Shown: positions 1 to 8,875 of the stretch, one piece after another
Layout of the letters: the number at the start of each line of letters is the position of its first letter
Position numbering within the stretch: position 1 is the stretch's first letter
Source: Acidobacteriota bacterium
Lineage (GTDB): Bacteria; Acidobacteriota; UBA6911; RPQK01; JAJDTT01
Direction: 5' to 3'
DNA: 64,000 bases
Assembly (NCBI GenBank): GCA_965263035.1
Contig: OZ253580.1
Coordinates: 96,001 to 160,000 of the forward strand
The notes under the pieces: model-generated
What the model was told of the DNA's origin: nothing
The model's database searches: none
What the model saw: only the letters and a program-made list of their open reading frames with translations
Translations under genes and position numbers: made by a program

Positions 1-1020
1 GATGAATCGCGGGTTCTTTCCCCGGGGCAGGTGCTCCACCTTCGCCACCACCCGGCGCTCGCACGACCAACTCTTGTGCGTCTGATAGCGCAGTTCCTGG
101 AACTGCCTCACGGCCTTCCCGATCGCCCGCTGCAACTGCCGGACGGTCTCCATCCGGGTCGCGATCCTCCGCTTCAGCCGATCGTTCTGCGCCAACCCCA
201 GGACGTAATCGATCCCTTCCTTCTCGCACCAGACCATCAACTCGTCGTTGGAGAAGGCACTGTCCCCTCGAACCGTGATCCGCACCTGGGGCCACGCTTC
301 ACGCAGCCGCCTCACGATTGGTTCCAACTCCGCCACCACCCCGTGGGCCGCGCCTCGATCCGCCGTGCGCAGCCGCGCACACAACAGATGTTCCCCACAG
401 AAGACGTACAGCGGCAGGTAGCAGTAGCGTTTGTAATAGCCGTGGAAGAACCGTCCCTCCTGCTTCCCATGCAGCGGATCGTCCGTGGCGTCTACATCCA
501 GGATCACCTCCTCCGGGGGCTCCGGATGCGCTTCCACAAACACCTCCAGCAGCAGCTCGTCCATCCCCGCCGGGTCGGCCACGATCTTCTTGTACGCGCC
601 CTCCGGTCCCTCCAACGGAGTCCGCTCCAGTCGGTTCAGGGTGCTCTTGCCTGCCAGCGGCTTGCCTCGATCCGACTCCACGCGCCGGAACTCCCCCGTC
701 AGATCATCTCGATCACACAACAGCGCCAAGAGCCGGTCCCGGCACAACTCGTCGTGGTCGTTGAGGTCCTCGTAGCCCAGGCACAGCCCCAGCACCCGCT
801 GTTTGATCAACGCCTCCACCGGGTGTTCGACTCGATCCGAGTCTCGATAGTCGGTGAAGCATTCGCTCAGACGACCCAGAATCCGGGTCCGCTGCTCCAC
901 TTCGCGCAGGAGCACGCCACCGGCGTCGGAGGTGATCTCGCCGCCGTCGAACCGGCCCACGACATCCCGTCCGTCCAGGCCCTGAAATCTGAGCTTTATT
1001 CTGGTACACTCTGCGGTCAT
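1..1020 (-). CDS. IS1380-family transposase (partial, runs off window start)
   Basis: Minus strand from ATG at 1020 reads MTAECTRIKLRFQGLDGRDVVGRFDGGEITSDAGGVLLREVEQR...GYEDLNDHD...LAGKSTLNRLE, the IS1380 N-terminal motifs. Not in the ORF track because it has no stop inside the window. Confidence 0.92.
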   Translation of the reverse strand, partial: MTAECTRIKLRFQGLDGRDVVGRFDGGEITSDAGGVLLREVEQRTRILGRLSECFTDYRDSDRVEHPVEALIKQRVLGLCLGYEDLNDHDELCRDRLLALLCDRDDLTGEFRRVESDRGKPLAGKSTLNRLERTPLEGPEGAYKKIVADPAGMDELLLEVFVEAHPEPPEEVILDVDATDDPLHGKQEGRFFHGYYKRYCYLPLYVFCGEHLLCARLRTADRGAAHGVVAELEPIVRRLREAWPQVRITVRGDSAFSNDELMVWCEKEGIDYVLGLAQNDRLKRRIATRMETVRQLQRAIGKAVRQFQELRYQTHKSWSCERRVVAKVEHLPRGKNPRFI

Positions 1021-1115
1021 AAGGTCGCGTCCCTTCTGCTTTGTAAGTTATTGATTACACAACACTTATAGCAGAAAACGCGGCCTTTATCAATCTTTCT
1101 GATGAGATATCCGGG
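1..1115 (-). mobile_element. IS1380-family element, left end only
   Basis: The terminus CCCGGATATCTCAT (minus strand, 1102-1115) resembles the CCCAGATTATTCAT IR of the complete IS1380 at 56841. Confidence 0.8.
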
Positions 1116-1117
1116 CT

Positions 1118-2206
1118 ATGCCCCGCGGACGCAAACTTCCCCCCTTGGTACTCAGCGACGAGCAGCGACATCAACTCCAGGGAGTCGCCCGTTCCACCAG
1201 TCTGCCTCACGGCTTGGTCCTGCGAGCCCGCATGATCCTGGCCAGTGCCGAGGGCCTCACCAACCGGGCAGTGGCCGAACGGGTCGGGGCTTCGCCCCAA
1301 GCCGTCGGCAAGTGGCGTCGACGCTTCCTCGAACTCGGCGTTCAGGGCTTGCATGACGAGCTTCGTCCCGGTCGTCCCCGCAGCTACGACGACGAGAAGG
1401 TCGCCCAGGTGATCAGCCGCGCTCTGCAGCAGAAGCCGGCCAACGCCGAGAACTGGAGCGTGCGCTTGATGGGCGCCGCCGAGGGCGTCTCCAAGACCAC
1501 CGTGCAGCGCTGGTTCTCGCTTTTTGGCATCAAGCCTCATCTGGCCCAGACCTTCAAGCTCTCCAACGACCCCTTCTTCATCGAGAAGGTCCGAGATATC
1601 GTGGGACTTTACCTCCATCCCCCCGACCACGCCATGGTGCTGTGCGTCGACGAGAAGTCTCAAATCCAGGCCCTGGACCGGACCCAACGGGCCCTGCCCC
1701 TGGGTCTCGGGTACGTTCAAGGATATACGCACGATTACATCCGCCACGGCACCACCACCCTTTTCGCGGCCCTGGATGCCGCCACGGGTCGCGTGATCGC
1801 TCAATGCAAGAAGCGCCACCGCCACCAGGACTTCCTGGCCTTTCTGAGGTTGATCGACCGGGAAGTGCCGCCCGATCTGGACCTCCACTTGGTCGTCGAC
1901 AACTATGCCACGCACAAGCATCCACGGGTCCGGGCCTGGATTGCCAAGCGGCCACGCTACCACTTACACTTCACCCCCACCTACGCCTCCTGGCTCAACC
2001 AAGTGGAGCGCTGGTTCGGTTTGATCACACAGCGAGCGATCAAGCGCACCTCGTTCCGCAACGTGAGACACTTGGTGAAGACGATTGAGGAATTCACCCA
2101 TCGATACAACCAAGAGGCGAAACCCTTCGTGTGGGCCGCCACAGCCCAATCCATCCTGGACAAGCTAGCACGATTATCTACTCGTATTTCCAGGACACCA
2201 CACTAG
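1118..2206 (+). CDS. IS630-family transposase
   Basis: N-terminal HTH; VLCVDEKSQIQAL, DYIRHGTTTLFAAL, VVDNYATHK and HFTPTYASWLNQVERWF DDE motifs; ends in ...GGACACCACACTAG, typical of an IS630 right end. Confidence 0.95.
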   Translation: MPRGRKLPPLVLSDEQRHQLQGVARSTSLPHGLVLRARMILASAEGLTNRAVAERVGASPQAVGKWRRRFLELGVQGLHDELRPGRPRSYDDEKVAQVISRALQQKPANAENWSVRLMGAAEGVSKTTVQRWFSLFGIKPHLAQTFKLSNDPFFIEKVRDIVGLYLHPPDHAMVLCVDEKSQIQALDRTQRALPLGLGYVQGYTHDYIRHGTTTLFAALDAATGRVIAQCKKRHRHQDFLAFLRLIDREVPPDLDLHLVVDNYATHKHPRVRAWIAKRPRYHLHFTPTYASWLNQVERWFGLITQRAIKRTSFRNVRHLVKTIEEFTHRYNQEAKPFVWAATAQSILDKLARLSTRISRTPH

Positions 2207-2628
2207 TACTCCTTAAACGTTACTCTTCTTATTCCCCTCCTACGGTACCTGCGGGCACGGATGCCAGGGGTCAGGCTCCCGCACTGGTGCGAGCCCTTCC
2301 AGCTAACGCATCCAACCTGGCCGAGGTGCGGAAGCGCTTCTTCAGGGAGTACGACCGCTCCGCCAAGAAAATGAACGATCTACGCAAAGAGTGGTTTCGG
2401 TACCAACACCCCCGCTCACACACGAAACGCGAGAGGCGGCCCAAAGTGAAGGTGCGAAGGTGGAACCCGCCATTTTTTGGCGGATTTCGGGGAGCGAGCG
2501 TTGTATCAGGTGAAGAAACCCTATGAGAGTTGAGCGAATCAGCCACGTAGATCAGGACTGCACTTTGGATCCGGCAATGCGAAGTTGGGCGGAGGCTGAA
2601 ATGGAGAGATCGGTCCTGCCACCCAACG

Positions 2629-2832
2629 ATGCCTAAAGTTCGAGACGCGATCCGTCTCCTGAAACGGGATGGTTGGCTATGGGTACGAACTCGGGGCAGC
2701 CATCGCCACTGCAAACATCCCGAAAAGCTTGGAACCGTTACGATTGCGGGGAGAATGAGCAACGACTTGGCCCCGGGCACTTGGAATAGTATTTTGAAGC
2801 AGGCTGGACTCGATCAGGGGGAATCGTCATGA
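2629..2832 (+). CDS. hicA: HicA-family toxin
   Basis: 67 aa with GW..VRTRGSHRH.KHP and GT..SILKQAGL; overlaps hicB (ATGA). Confidence 0.92.
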   Translation: MPKVRDAIRLLKRDGWLWVRTRGSHRHCKHPEKLGTVTIAGRMSNDLAPGTWNSILKQAGLDQGESS

Positions 2833-3080
2833 AGTACACCGTTGTCATCGAGAAATCCGACAACGGTTACTCAGCATATCTGCCGGACATGCCGGGCTGT
2901 GTAGCTGCTGGAGACACTCTTGCCGAAACGGCAGATCTGATTCGTAAAGGCATCGTCTACCACTTGGAAATGCTCCGAGACAATGGCGACCCGACTCCCG
3001 AACCCCGGGCCATGACCCTCCAGGTCACGGTAGAGGAAGCGACACCGGACCTCCGCCGGTCGCAAGCCAGAAATCGGTGA
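2829..3080 (+). CDS. hicB: HicB-family antitoxin
   Basis: MKYTVVIEKS..GYSAYLPDMPGCVAAGDTL is the HicB signature; translationally coupled to hicA. Confidence 0.92.
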   Translation: MKYTVVIEKSDNGYSAYLPDMPGCVAAGDTLAETADLIRKGIVYHLEMLRDNGDPTPEPRAMTLQVTVEEATPDLRRSQARNR

Positions 3081-3397
3081 TGCGACGTTCATCCCTTCTG
3101 AGACAGGGATCAGAGTGGGCGAGACGGTGATGCGTACCTGGAGCGAACTGAAGCGTGAACATTCTCAGGGCCGGGGTTGTTGCCCTGGGTGCCGAAACGT
3201 GGGCCGATAGGCCGAGCGTGGCACCGGAATTGTAGTCGTCAAGTAATGTCTATAAGCCCCCTTTGTTTAGACGGCCATCTAATCGGTCGCGAGAATGATG
3301 AAGGCTGCGACTTCATCATCCAGTTGTTCGAAATGAATCCATTCGAATCCGACGAGATGTGGCCACCTCCACTTCTGTCAAGAATTCAGGAGGACGC

Positions 3398-3601
3398 ATG
3401 AGGTCAAACATCGCAGAAATTCAGCAGGCGATACTAGAACTTCCTGAATCCAATTTCGTTCGATTGAGACATTGGTTCAACGAGTTGGACTGGGCAGAAT
3501 GGGACCGGGAAATCGAAACGGATTCAGGTTTAGGCAAGTTGGATTTCTTAGTTACGGAAGCCAAGGAAGCGAAAGAGCGGGGCAAGCTTGAAGCACTCTA
3601 G
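3398..3601 (+). CDS. Small antitoxin-like protein of the ParE-like TA type
   Basis: AGGAGG RBS; LPE..F..LR.WF.ELDW..WDREIE.D...GKLDFL..EA resembles the antitoxin at 42659-42877. Followed directly by a toxin-like stub MHRTTP. Confidence 0.65.
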   Translation: MRSNIAEIQQAILELPESNFVRLRHWFNELDWAEWDREIETDSGLGKLDFLVTEAKEAKERGKLEAL

Positions 3602-3863
3602 ATGCATCGGACAACCCCCGGAAGCACTCCAGCCGGCGGTTCCGGGTCGGCGATGAAGAGGGGGACAAGACTGTCCCCCCTCCCAGGGTGCCCCCATGTT
3701 TTTCTATGGAGAATTTATCCATAAGGGGAAACCACCCTGCCGAACCGAATTTCAAACTTCGATTCACTCGCCACGCCATGAGGACACGGTTCCACCGTTT
3801 GACAGTCGTCTGAGTTGGATGCGAGACTTTAGTAAGACTCGGTAATACTCAGCTAGGGGAAAC

Positions 3864-4121
3864 ATGGGAAGAACCAGCAAGACCATCACATTTTCACTGC
3901 CTCCTGAGTTGGCGGACAGGGTGGAAGAAATCTTGAAACAGGAGGGCCGCACCAGGAGCGCACTTCTGCGAACGGCATTGATCCGGTACATCGAGGAGTG
4001 TGAGTGGAGGCAGTTGCTCCAGTATGGAGAACGGCGGACGAGAGAGAAGGGCATCGGACCGGAGGATGTGGGGCTCCTGGTTGAGGAGTATCGGGCCGAG
4101 GCAGACGCTTCTCACTCATGA
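3864..4121 (+). CDS. CopG/ribbon-helix-helix antitoxin
   Basis: TITFSLPPELADRVEEILKQEGRTRSALLRTAL fits the RHH pattern; overlaps the PIN toxin gene. Confidence 0.85.
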   Translation: MGRTSKTITFSLPPELADRVEEILKQEGRTRSALLRTALIRYIEECEWRQLLQYGERRTREKGIGPEDVGLLVEEYRAEADASHS

Positions 4122-4522
4122 GGGTCGTTCTGGACACAAACGTCATCGTCTCCGGCCTTAACTTTCCTGGAAACGAGCGGCTGGTTCTGAATCTGGCCCG
4201 CCGGGGGCGCTTTACACTGTATCTCTCCCCGTTTGTGCTGCTTGAGGTTCGGGGTGTATTGGTGTGCAAGTTTGGTTGGAAGGTGGGGATTTCCGACCGG
4301 GCCATTCGAATGCTGCGCGTCTCGGCAACCATCATTGAACCCCAACAGTTGCCGGACGTGATCGAGAATAACGAAGCCGACAACCGGATCCTTGCGTGCG
4401 CGATGGAGTCCGCTGCCGACTATCTGGTAACGGGCGACCGGCGGCATCTGCTGCCCCTCGGAGAACACCTTGGCACCAAGATCGTCAACGCTCCCCGTTT
4501 TCTGTCTGCCCTCGGGATGTAG
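4118..4522 (+). CDS. PIN-domain (VapC-like) toxin
   Basis: MRVVLDTNVIVSG, DNRILACA and ADYLVTGDRRHLL PIN motifs. Confidence 0.9.
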   Translation: MRVVLDTNVIVSGLNFPGNERLVLNLARRGRFTLYLSPFVLLEVRGVLVCKFGWKVGISDRAIRMLRVSATIIEPQQLPDVIENNEADNRILACAMESAADYLVTGDRRHLLPLGEHLGTKIVNAPRFLSALGM

Positions 4523-4614
4523 TCTCCTCTGGTCCGGCTTCAGAGAATTGTGGTTGCGGGTTAAGGATCCCGGCTCCGGAATCGGGATCGGCGGGCACCC
4601 GCCAATCGAGTAGT

Positions 4615-5352
4615 ATGACGCGCATGCACACCCAGAAACCGCAACACCGGATCGACGTCCTGGAACATGGCCGGGACCGGGACGGGAACGAGCATTCGAC
4701 CGACCGGCGTCTCTTCATGCAACTTCACGTCTTCAGCGGCTGCCGCGACACCGGGCCGCTGATCCAACAGGTCGAGGCCAGCGGGCTGAAGCCGGCCGTG
4801 CTCTATCTGGACCTGAATCATCCGCGAGGAGTCGGGCTCCTGACCATGTCCGAGGACCCGGCAGATTTCGTCACCCTGGTGCGACCGTTCCTGAACGGTG
4901 GGTCCTTCGCCTCCCTCACGCTGCGGCCCGAGTTCACCATGCTGGGAAGGAGCTACGCCAGCGGTTACGAACCCGACGTCGAGGACTGGCTCATCGAACG
5001 TCCCCAGCGAACGGCCCTGAATCCGGATTGGCCCTGGGCCGTCTGGTACCCACTGCGCCGCACCGGCGCCTTCAACGCCCAACCGCAGAACGTGCAGCAG
5101 AGCATTCTGAGGGAACACGGCGGCGTCGGCCGGCTCTACGGACAGCAGGATCTGGCCCACGACATCCGGCTGGCCTGCCACGGAATCGACACCAACGACA
5201 ACGAGTTCGTCATCGGCCTCGTGGGCAAGGATCTCCATCCGCTCTCCCACCTGGTCCAGAGGATGCGTCGGACCCGGCAGACCTCCGAGTTCATGCAGCA
5301 GATGGGACCGTTCTTCGTGGGACGGACCCTGTGGCAGAGCCCGCTGGTCTAA
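4615..5352 (+). CDS. Chlorite dismutase-like (Cld/HemQ superfamily) heme-binding protein
   Basis: WAVWYPLRR, ILREHG.VG, DIRLACHGID.ND.EFVIGL and LV..MR motifs. Start taken at an internal ATG (4615 or 4624), not 4396. Confidence 0.75.
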   Translation: MTRMHTQKPQHRIDVLEHGRDRDGNEHSTDRRLFMQLHVFSGCRDTGPLIQQVEASGLKPAVLYLDLNHPRGVGLLTMSEDPADFVTLVRPFLNGGSFASLTLRPEFTMLGRSYASGYEPDVEDWLIERPQRTALNPDWPWAVWYPLRRTGAFNAQPQNVQQSILREHGGVGRLYGQQDLAHDIRLACHGIDTNDNEFVIGLVGKDLHPLSHLVQRMRRTRQTSEFMQQMGPFFVGRTLWQSPLV

Positions 5353-5470
5353 GAGAACCAACCGCGACCACACCCCGGTACGCCAGCTCGCAGAAACAGG
5401 TAAGGGCGATTCGGGAGGCGTGGCTATGCGTTCCGGCGAATTCCATGCATTGATGCCTCGTTTGTCACTT

Positions 5471-5533
5471 GGGAGTGCGGCGGCAAGAAAGTCGCCGCTC
5501 CCATTCGGCGGCAAGAAAGCCGCCGCTCCCATT
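5471..5533. repeat. REP-like 28-bp tandem hairpin repeat
   Basis: CGGCGGCAAGAAAG(T/C)CGCCGCTCCCATT at 5478-5505 and 5506-5533; each unit is a GC stem-loop; intergenic. Confidence 0.7.
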
Positions 5534-5570
5534 GGCATTTGTTATCCTGATTGGAAAAAGGGGGAAACCC

Positions 5571-6179
5571 ATGAGTTTCTTCAACCGGTACTTCTTCGTT
5601 GGTCTGGCTGCAGGTGTGGGGCTCACGGTCGCACTGATCCTGGTCGCCGGCCTTTTGATCACGCTCCAGGTCCGGCAGCAGATGGACGACCTGGGCGATC
5701 TGGGCGGAGGCCTGCCACCCCCGCCATTTCCCCAGCAGGAATCGCTTACCGACGTGGAGTGGAAGCTCCAGAGTCTGGACGGGGAGGAGACTTCGCTGTC
5801 CGCGTTCGAGGGGAAGGTGCTCTTCGTCAATCTCTGGGCCACGTGGTGCGGCCCGTGCGTGGTCGAAATGCCCGGCATTCAGCGGCTCTACGAACAGTTT
5901 CCCCAAGAGGACATGGCGTTCCTGCTGGTCTCCGACGAACCGCCGGACGTGGTCGAGACGTTCGTCCAGGAGAAGGGGTGGGAACTACCCTTGTACGTCT
6001 CGGACGACGAGAAACCCTCCGCCTTCGAGAGCCGGGGGATCCCGGCGACCTTCATACTGGACCGGATGGGCCGGATCGTGTTCCGGCACGTGGGGAGCGC
6101 CCGCTGGGACGACGAATCGTCCGTCCGCTTTTTGAACGAACTGCTGGAGAAGGGGGCCATGGAAGGAGACAGCACATGA
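5571..6179 (+). CDS. TlpA/ResA-family thiol-disulfide reductase, membrane anchored
   Basis: GKVLFVNLWATWCGPCVVEMP and GIPATFILDR.G.I motifs; N-terminal TM segment. Confidence 0.93.
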   Translation: MSFFNRYFFVGLAAGVGLTVALILVAGLLITLQVRQQMDDLGDLGGGLPPPPFPQQESLTDVEWKLQSLDGEETSLSAFEGKVLFVNLWATWCGPCVVEMPGIQRLYEQFPQEDMAFLLVSDEPPDVVETFVQEKGWELPLYVSDDEKPSAFESRGIPATFILDRMGRIVFRHVGSARWDDESSVRFLNELLEKGAMEGDST

Positions 6180-7189
6180 GCGGGGAACGACAGGGACCGC
6201 GCGTCCTGGTCACGGACTATGCCTGGCCGACCCTCGACCCGGAGAAGGAGATCCTGGGGCGGATCGGAGCCTCCCTGATGGTGGCTTCTACGGGCGAAGA
6301 GGACGAGCTGGTGGAGATGGCGGCCCAAGCCGACGCCATCCTGACCTGCTGGAAGGCGGTGTCGACGCGGACGATCCGGGAGGCCCCGCGCTGCCAGATC
6401 ATCTCCCGCTACGGGATCGGCCTGGACAACATCGACATCCCGTTCGCCACCGAACAGGGCGTCATCGTGGCCAACGTTCCCGCCTATTGCCTGGAAGAGG
6501 TCACCGACCAGGCCCTGGCGTTGCTTCTGGCCTCGGCCCGCAAGGTCGTCCTCTTCGACCGGGAGGCCAAGGCAGGCCGCTATGGAATGGCGCCGGGCCG
6601 GCCCATCTTCCGGATCCGGGGACGGACTCTGGGCATCGTGGGATTCGGAAAGATCGGCCGCACCCTGGGCCGCAAGGCCCGGGCCTTGGGCCTCAAGGTC
6701 GCCGCCTTCGACCCCTATCTCGACGATTCGTCCGTGCGGGAGCACGACGCGGAGCCGATGGATCTGGATCGCTTAATGGAGGTCAGCGACTACATTTCCA
6801 TCCACGTTCCTCTCAACGCCGAGACCCATCACCTCTTCAGCCGGGAGGCCTTTCGGCGGATGCGGCCCGAGGCCTTCCTCATCAACACTTCCAGGGGGGC
6901 CGTGGTGGACACGGCCGCGCTGGTGGAGGCGCTCGATGCGGGCGAGATCGCGGGCGCGGGATTGGACGTGCTTCCCCAGGAGCCGCCGGAGCCGGGCGAT
7001 CCGGTGGTGCTCCACCCCAAGATCATCATCACTCCCCACGCCTCCTTCTACTCCCAGGAGTCGCTCCTGGAACTGCAAACCACGGCAGCTCAGCAAGTTG
7101 CCGATGTTCTGTCAGGCAGGGTCCCGGACTGGGTCGTGAATCCCGACGTCCTCCGGCGGCCCAATCTTCGTGCCTCCATCGATCGCTGA
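6176..7189 (+). CDS. D-2-hydroxyacid dehydrogenase (CtBP/SerA-like)
   Basis: RYGIGLDNID, GIVGFGKIG, LINTSRG, GAGLDV..EP and TPHASFYS motifs. True start overlaps the tlpA stop (ATGA), not 5420. Confidence 0.92.
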   Translation: MSGERQGPRVLVTDYAWPTLDPEKEILGRIGASLMVASTGEEDELVEMAAQADAILTCWKAVSTRTIREAPRCQIISRYGIGLDNIDIPFATEQGVIVANVPAYCLEEVTDQALALLLASARKVVLFDREAKAGRYGMAPGRPIFRIRGRTLGIVGFGKIGRTLGRKARALGLKVAAFDPYLDDSSVREHDAEPMDLDRLMEVSDYISIHVPLNAETHHLFSREAFRRMRPEAFLINTSRGAVVDTAALVEALDAGEIAGAGLDVLPQEPPEPGDPVVLHPKIIITPHASFYSQESLLELQTTAAQQVADVLSGRVPDWVVNPDVLRRPNLRASIDR

Positions 7190-7210
7190 AACAGGAGGAG
7201 TTCAAGCACC

Positions 7211-8473
7211 ATGGAGAGAACGATCTGGGACGTGGCGCGCCAGCAATTCTTCGAAGCGGCAGAGCTGACCGATCTGGACGACGATCTGAAGGAGGTCCTG
7301 AGCCAGTGCAACCGCGACCTGACCGTCCGGTTTCCGGTCTGCATGGACGACGGTTCCATCCGGGTCTTCGAAGGCTACCGGGTTCAGCACAATCAGGCCC
7401 GCGGACCCACCAAGGGTGGAATTCGTTACTCGCCTGAGGTGACCCTCGACGAGGTGAGAGCGCTGGCCATGTGGATGACGTGGAAGACGGCCGTGGTGCG
7501 GATTCCATACGGTGGGGCCAAGGGCGGGGTGATTTGCGACCCGCAAAGCATGAGCCTGGGCGAGCTGGAGAACCTGACCCGCCGGTACGCCTCCGAGATC
7601 TCCATCATCGTGGGCCGCGAGAAGGACATTCCGGCTCCCGACGTCAACACCAATCCCCAGATCATGGCCTGGTTCATGGACACGCTGTCCATGCGCAGCG
7701 GTTTTTCGGACGCTGGCGTGGTCACGGGCAAACCTATCGAGATCGGCGGCTCTCTGGGGCGTCTGGACGCCACCTCGCGGGGATGCCTCTACGTCGCCGA
7801 AGAAGCCCTCAAGGAGCGCGGGGAGACGCTGGAGGGCAAGACCGTTGCCATTCAGGGTTTCGGAAATGCCGGCAGCTTCGCCGCTTCTCTCTTCGCCCAG
7901 GCCGGAGCCCGGGTCGTGGCCGTCTGCGACTCCCGCGGAGGCGTCTACAACTCGGCCGGGCTGGATATGGACCGGCTGCTCCGGCTCAAGAAGGAAAATA
8001 CGACGGTGGCCGAATATCCGGACGGGGACCGGGTGGATCCGAAGCAACTCCTGGAACGGCCCTGCGACATCCTGATTCCGGCGGCCGTCGAGGACCAGAT
8101 CACCGAGGCCAATGCCGATCGGATTCAGGCCGGCATCGTGGTGGAAGCCGCCAACGGCCCCACCACACCGGAGGCGGACCGGATTCTGAACGAACGGGGG
8201 GTGACGGTGCTCCCCGACGTGCTGGCCAACGCCGGTGGCGTGACGGTGTCGTACTTCGAATGGGTTCAGGACCTGGGCTCCTTCTTCTGGGACGAGGACC
8301 GGGTCTACCGGGAGCTGAAGCGGGTCATGACGGCCGCGTACCGCGACGTTTCGGCCGAACTGGGCCGGCTCCAGAGTCTCCATGGCCCGCAGATCAACCA
8401 TCGACAGGCCGCGTATGTTCTGGCCATCCAGCGGGTCGCCCGGGCCACCCAGCTTCGGGGCATCTATCCCTGA
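7211..8473 (+). CDS. gdhA: Glu/Leu/Phe/Val dehydrogenase (glutamate dehydrogenase)
   Basis: GPTKGGIRY, PYGGAKGG, DIPAPDVNT, IQGFGNAG, EAANGPTT and ANAGGVTVSYFEW motifs; GGAGGAG RBS. Confidence 0.93.
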   Translation: MERTIWDVARQQFFEAAELTDLDDDLKEVLSQCNRDLTVRFPVCMDDGSIRVFEGYRVQHNQARGPTKGGIRYSPEVTLDEVRALAMWMTWKTAVVRIPYGGAKGGVICDPQSMSLGELENLTRRYASEISIIVGREKDIPAPDVNTNPQIMAWFMDTLSMRSGFSDAGVVTGKPIEIGGSLGRLDATSRGCLYVAEEALKERGETLEGKTVAIQGFGNAGSFAASLFAQAGARVVAVCDSRGGVYNSAGLDMDRLLRLKKENTTVAEYPDGDRVDPKQLLERPCDILIPAAVEDQITEANADRIQAGIVVEAANGPTTPEADRILNERGVTVLPDVLANAGGVTVSYFEWVQDLGSFFWDEDRVYRELKRVMTAAYRDVSAELGRLQSLHGPQINHRQAAYVLAIQRVARATQLRGIYP

Positions 8474-8492
8474 AGGCGAGGAGCGGCGGCTT

Positions 8493-8659
8493 CTAGGAGC
8501 CTGCGCCGCAGAAATTGATCTACTGCGAAAGCGGTAGAATCGGTCCATATTTCCTCGATTTCTCGGCGAATAGAACAACTATGCACCTCCAAATCGAGAA
8601 AATCTGGCCTCGATTCCCCACTTTCTCGCTACGATCATTTCTACCGCGCAGACTCCTAG
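8493..8659 (+). mobile_element. MITE copy 1 (163 bp plus duplicated CTAG)
   Basis: CTAG at both ends; imperfect TIR GAGCCTGCGCCGCAGAAAT / ATTTCTACCGCGCAGACTC; near-identical copies at 48116 and 55287. Confidence 0.9.
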
Positions 8660-8875
8660 CCGCCGAACTCGGGTGGAGCAATGAACATAGAGGGAACGGG
8701 CGATTGGGAACTCGCCCCTCCGGGCGAGTGAAAAGGGTGAATCACAGCGGCTCTTTCGGAGGAGTGGGTTAAGATAGCGGCCTTGCGGGAAAAGCCCCGG
8801 CGGGCGTATTCTTGATCGTAATTCGTCCACCGGGATGTGGCGAATCCGCGGGGCTTCCCAGCGCGGGCACATGAG

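Noticed and set aside
31-1071. 346-aa plus-strand ORF
   Set aside because: Antisense shadow of the minus-strand IS1380 transposase.
5420-6175. Long N-terminal extension of the 589-aa dehydrogenase ORF
   Set aside because: Overlaps tlpA in another frame; the real start is the coupled ATG at 6176.
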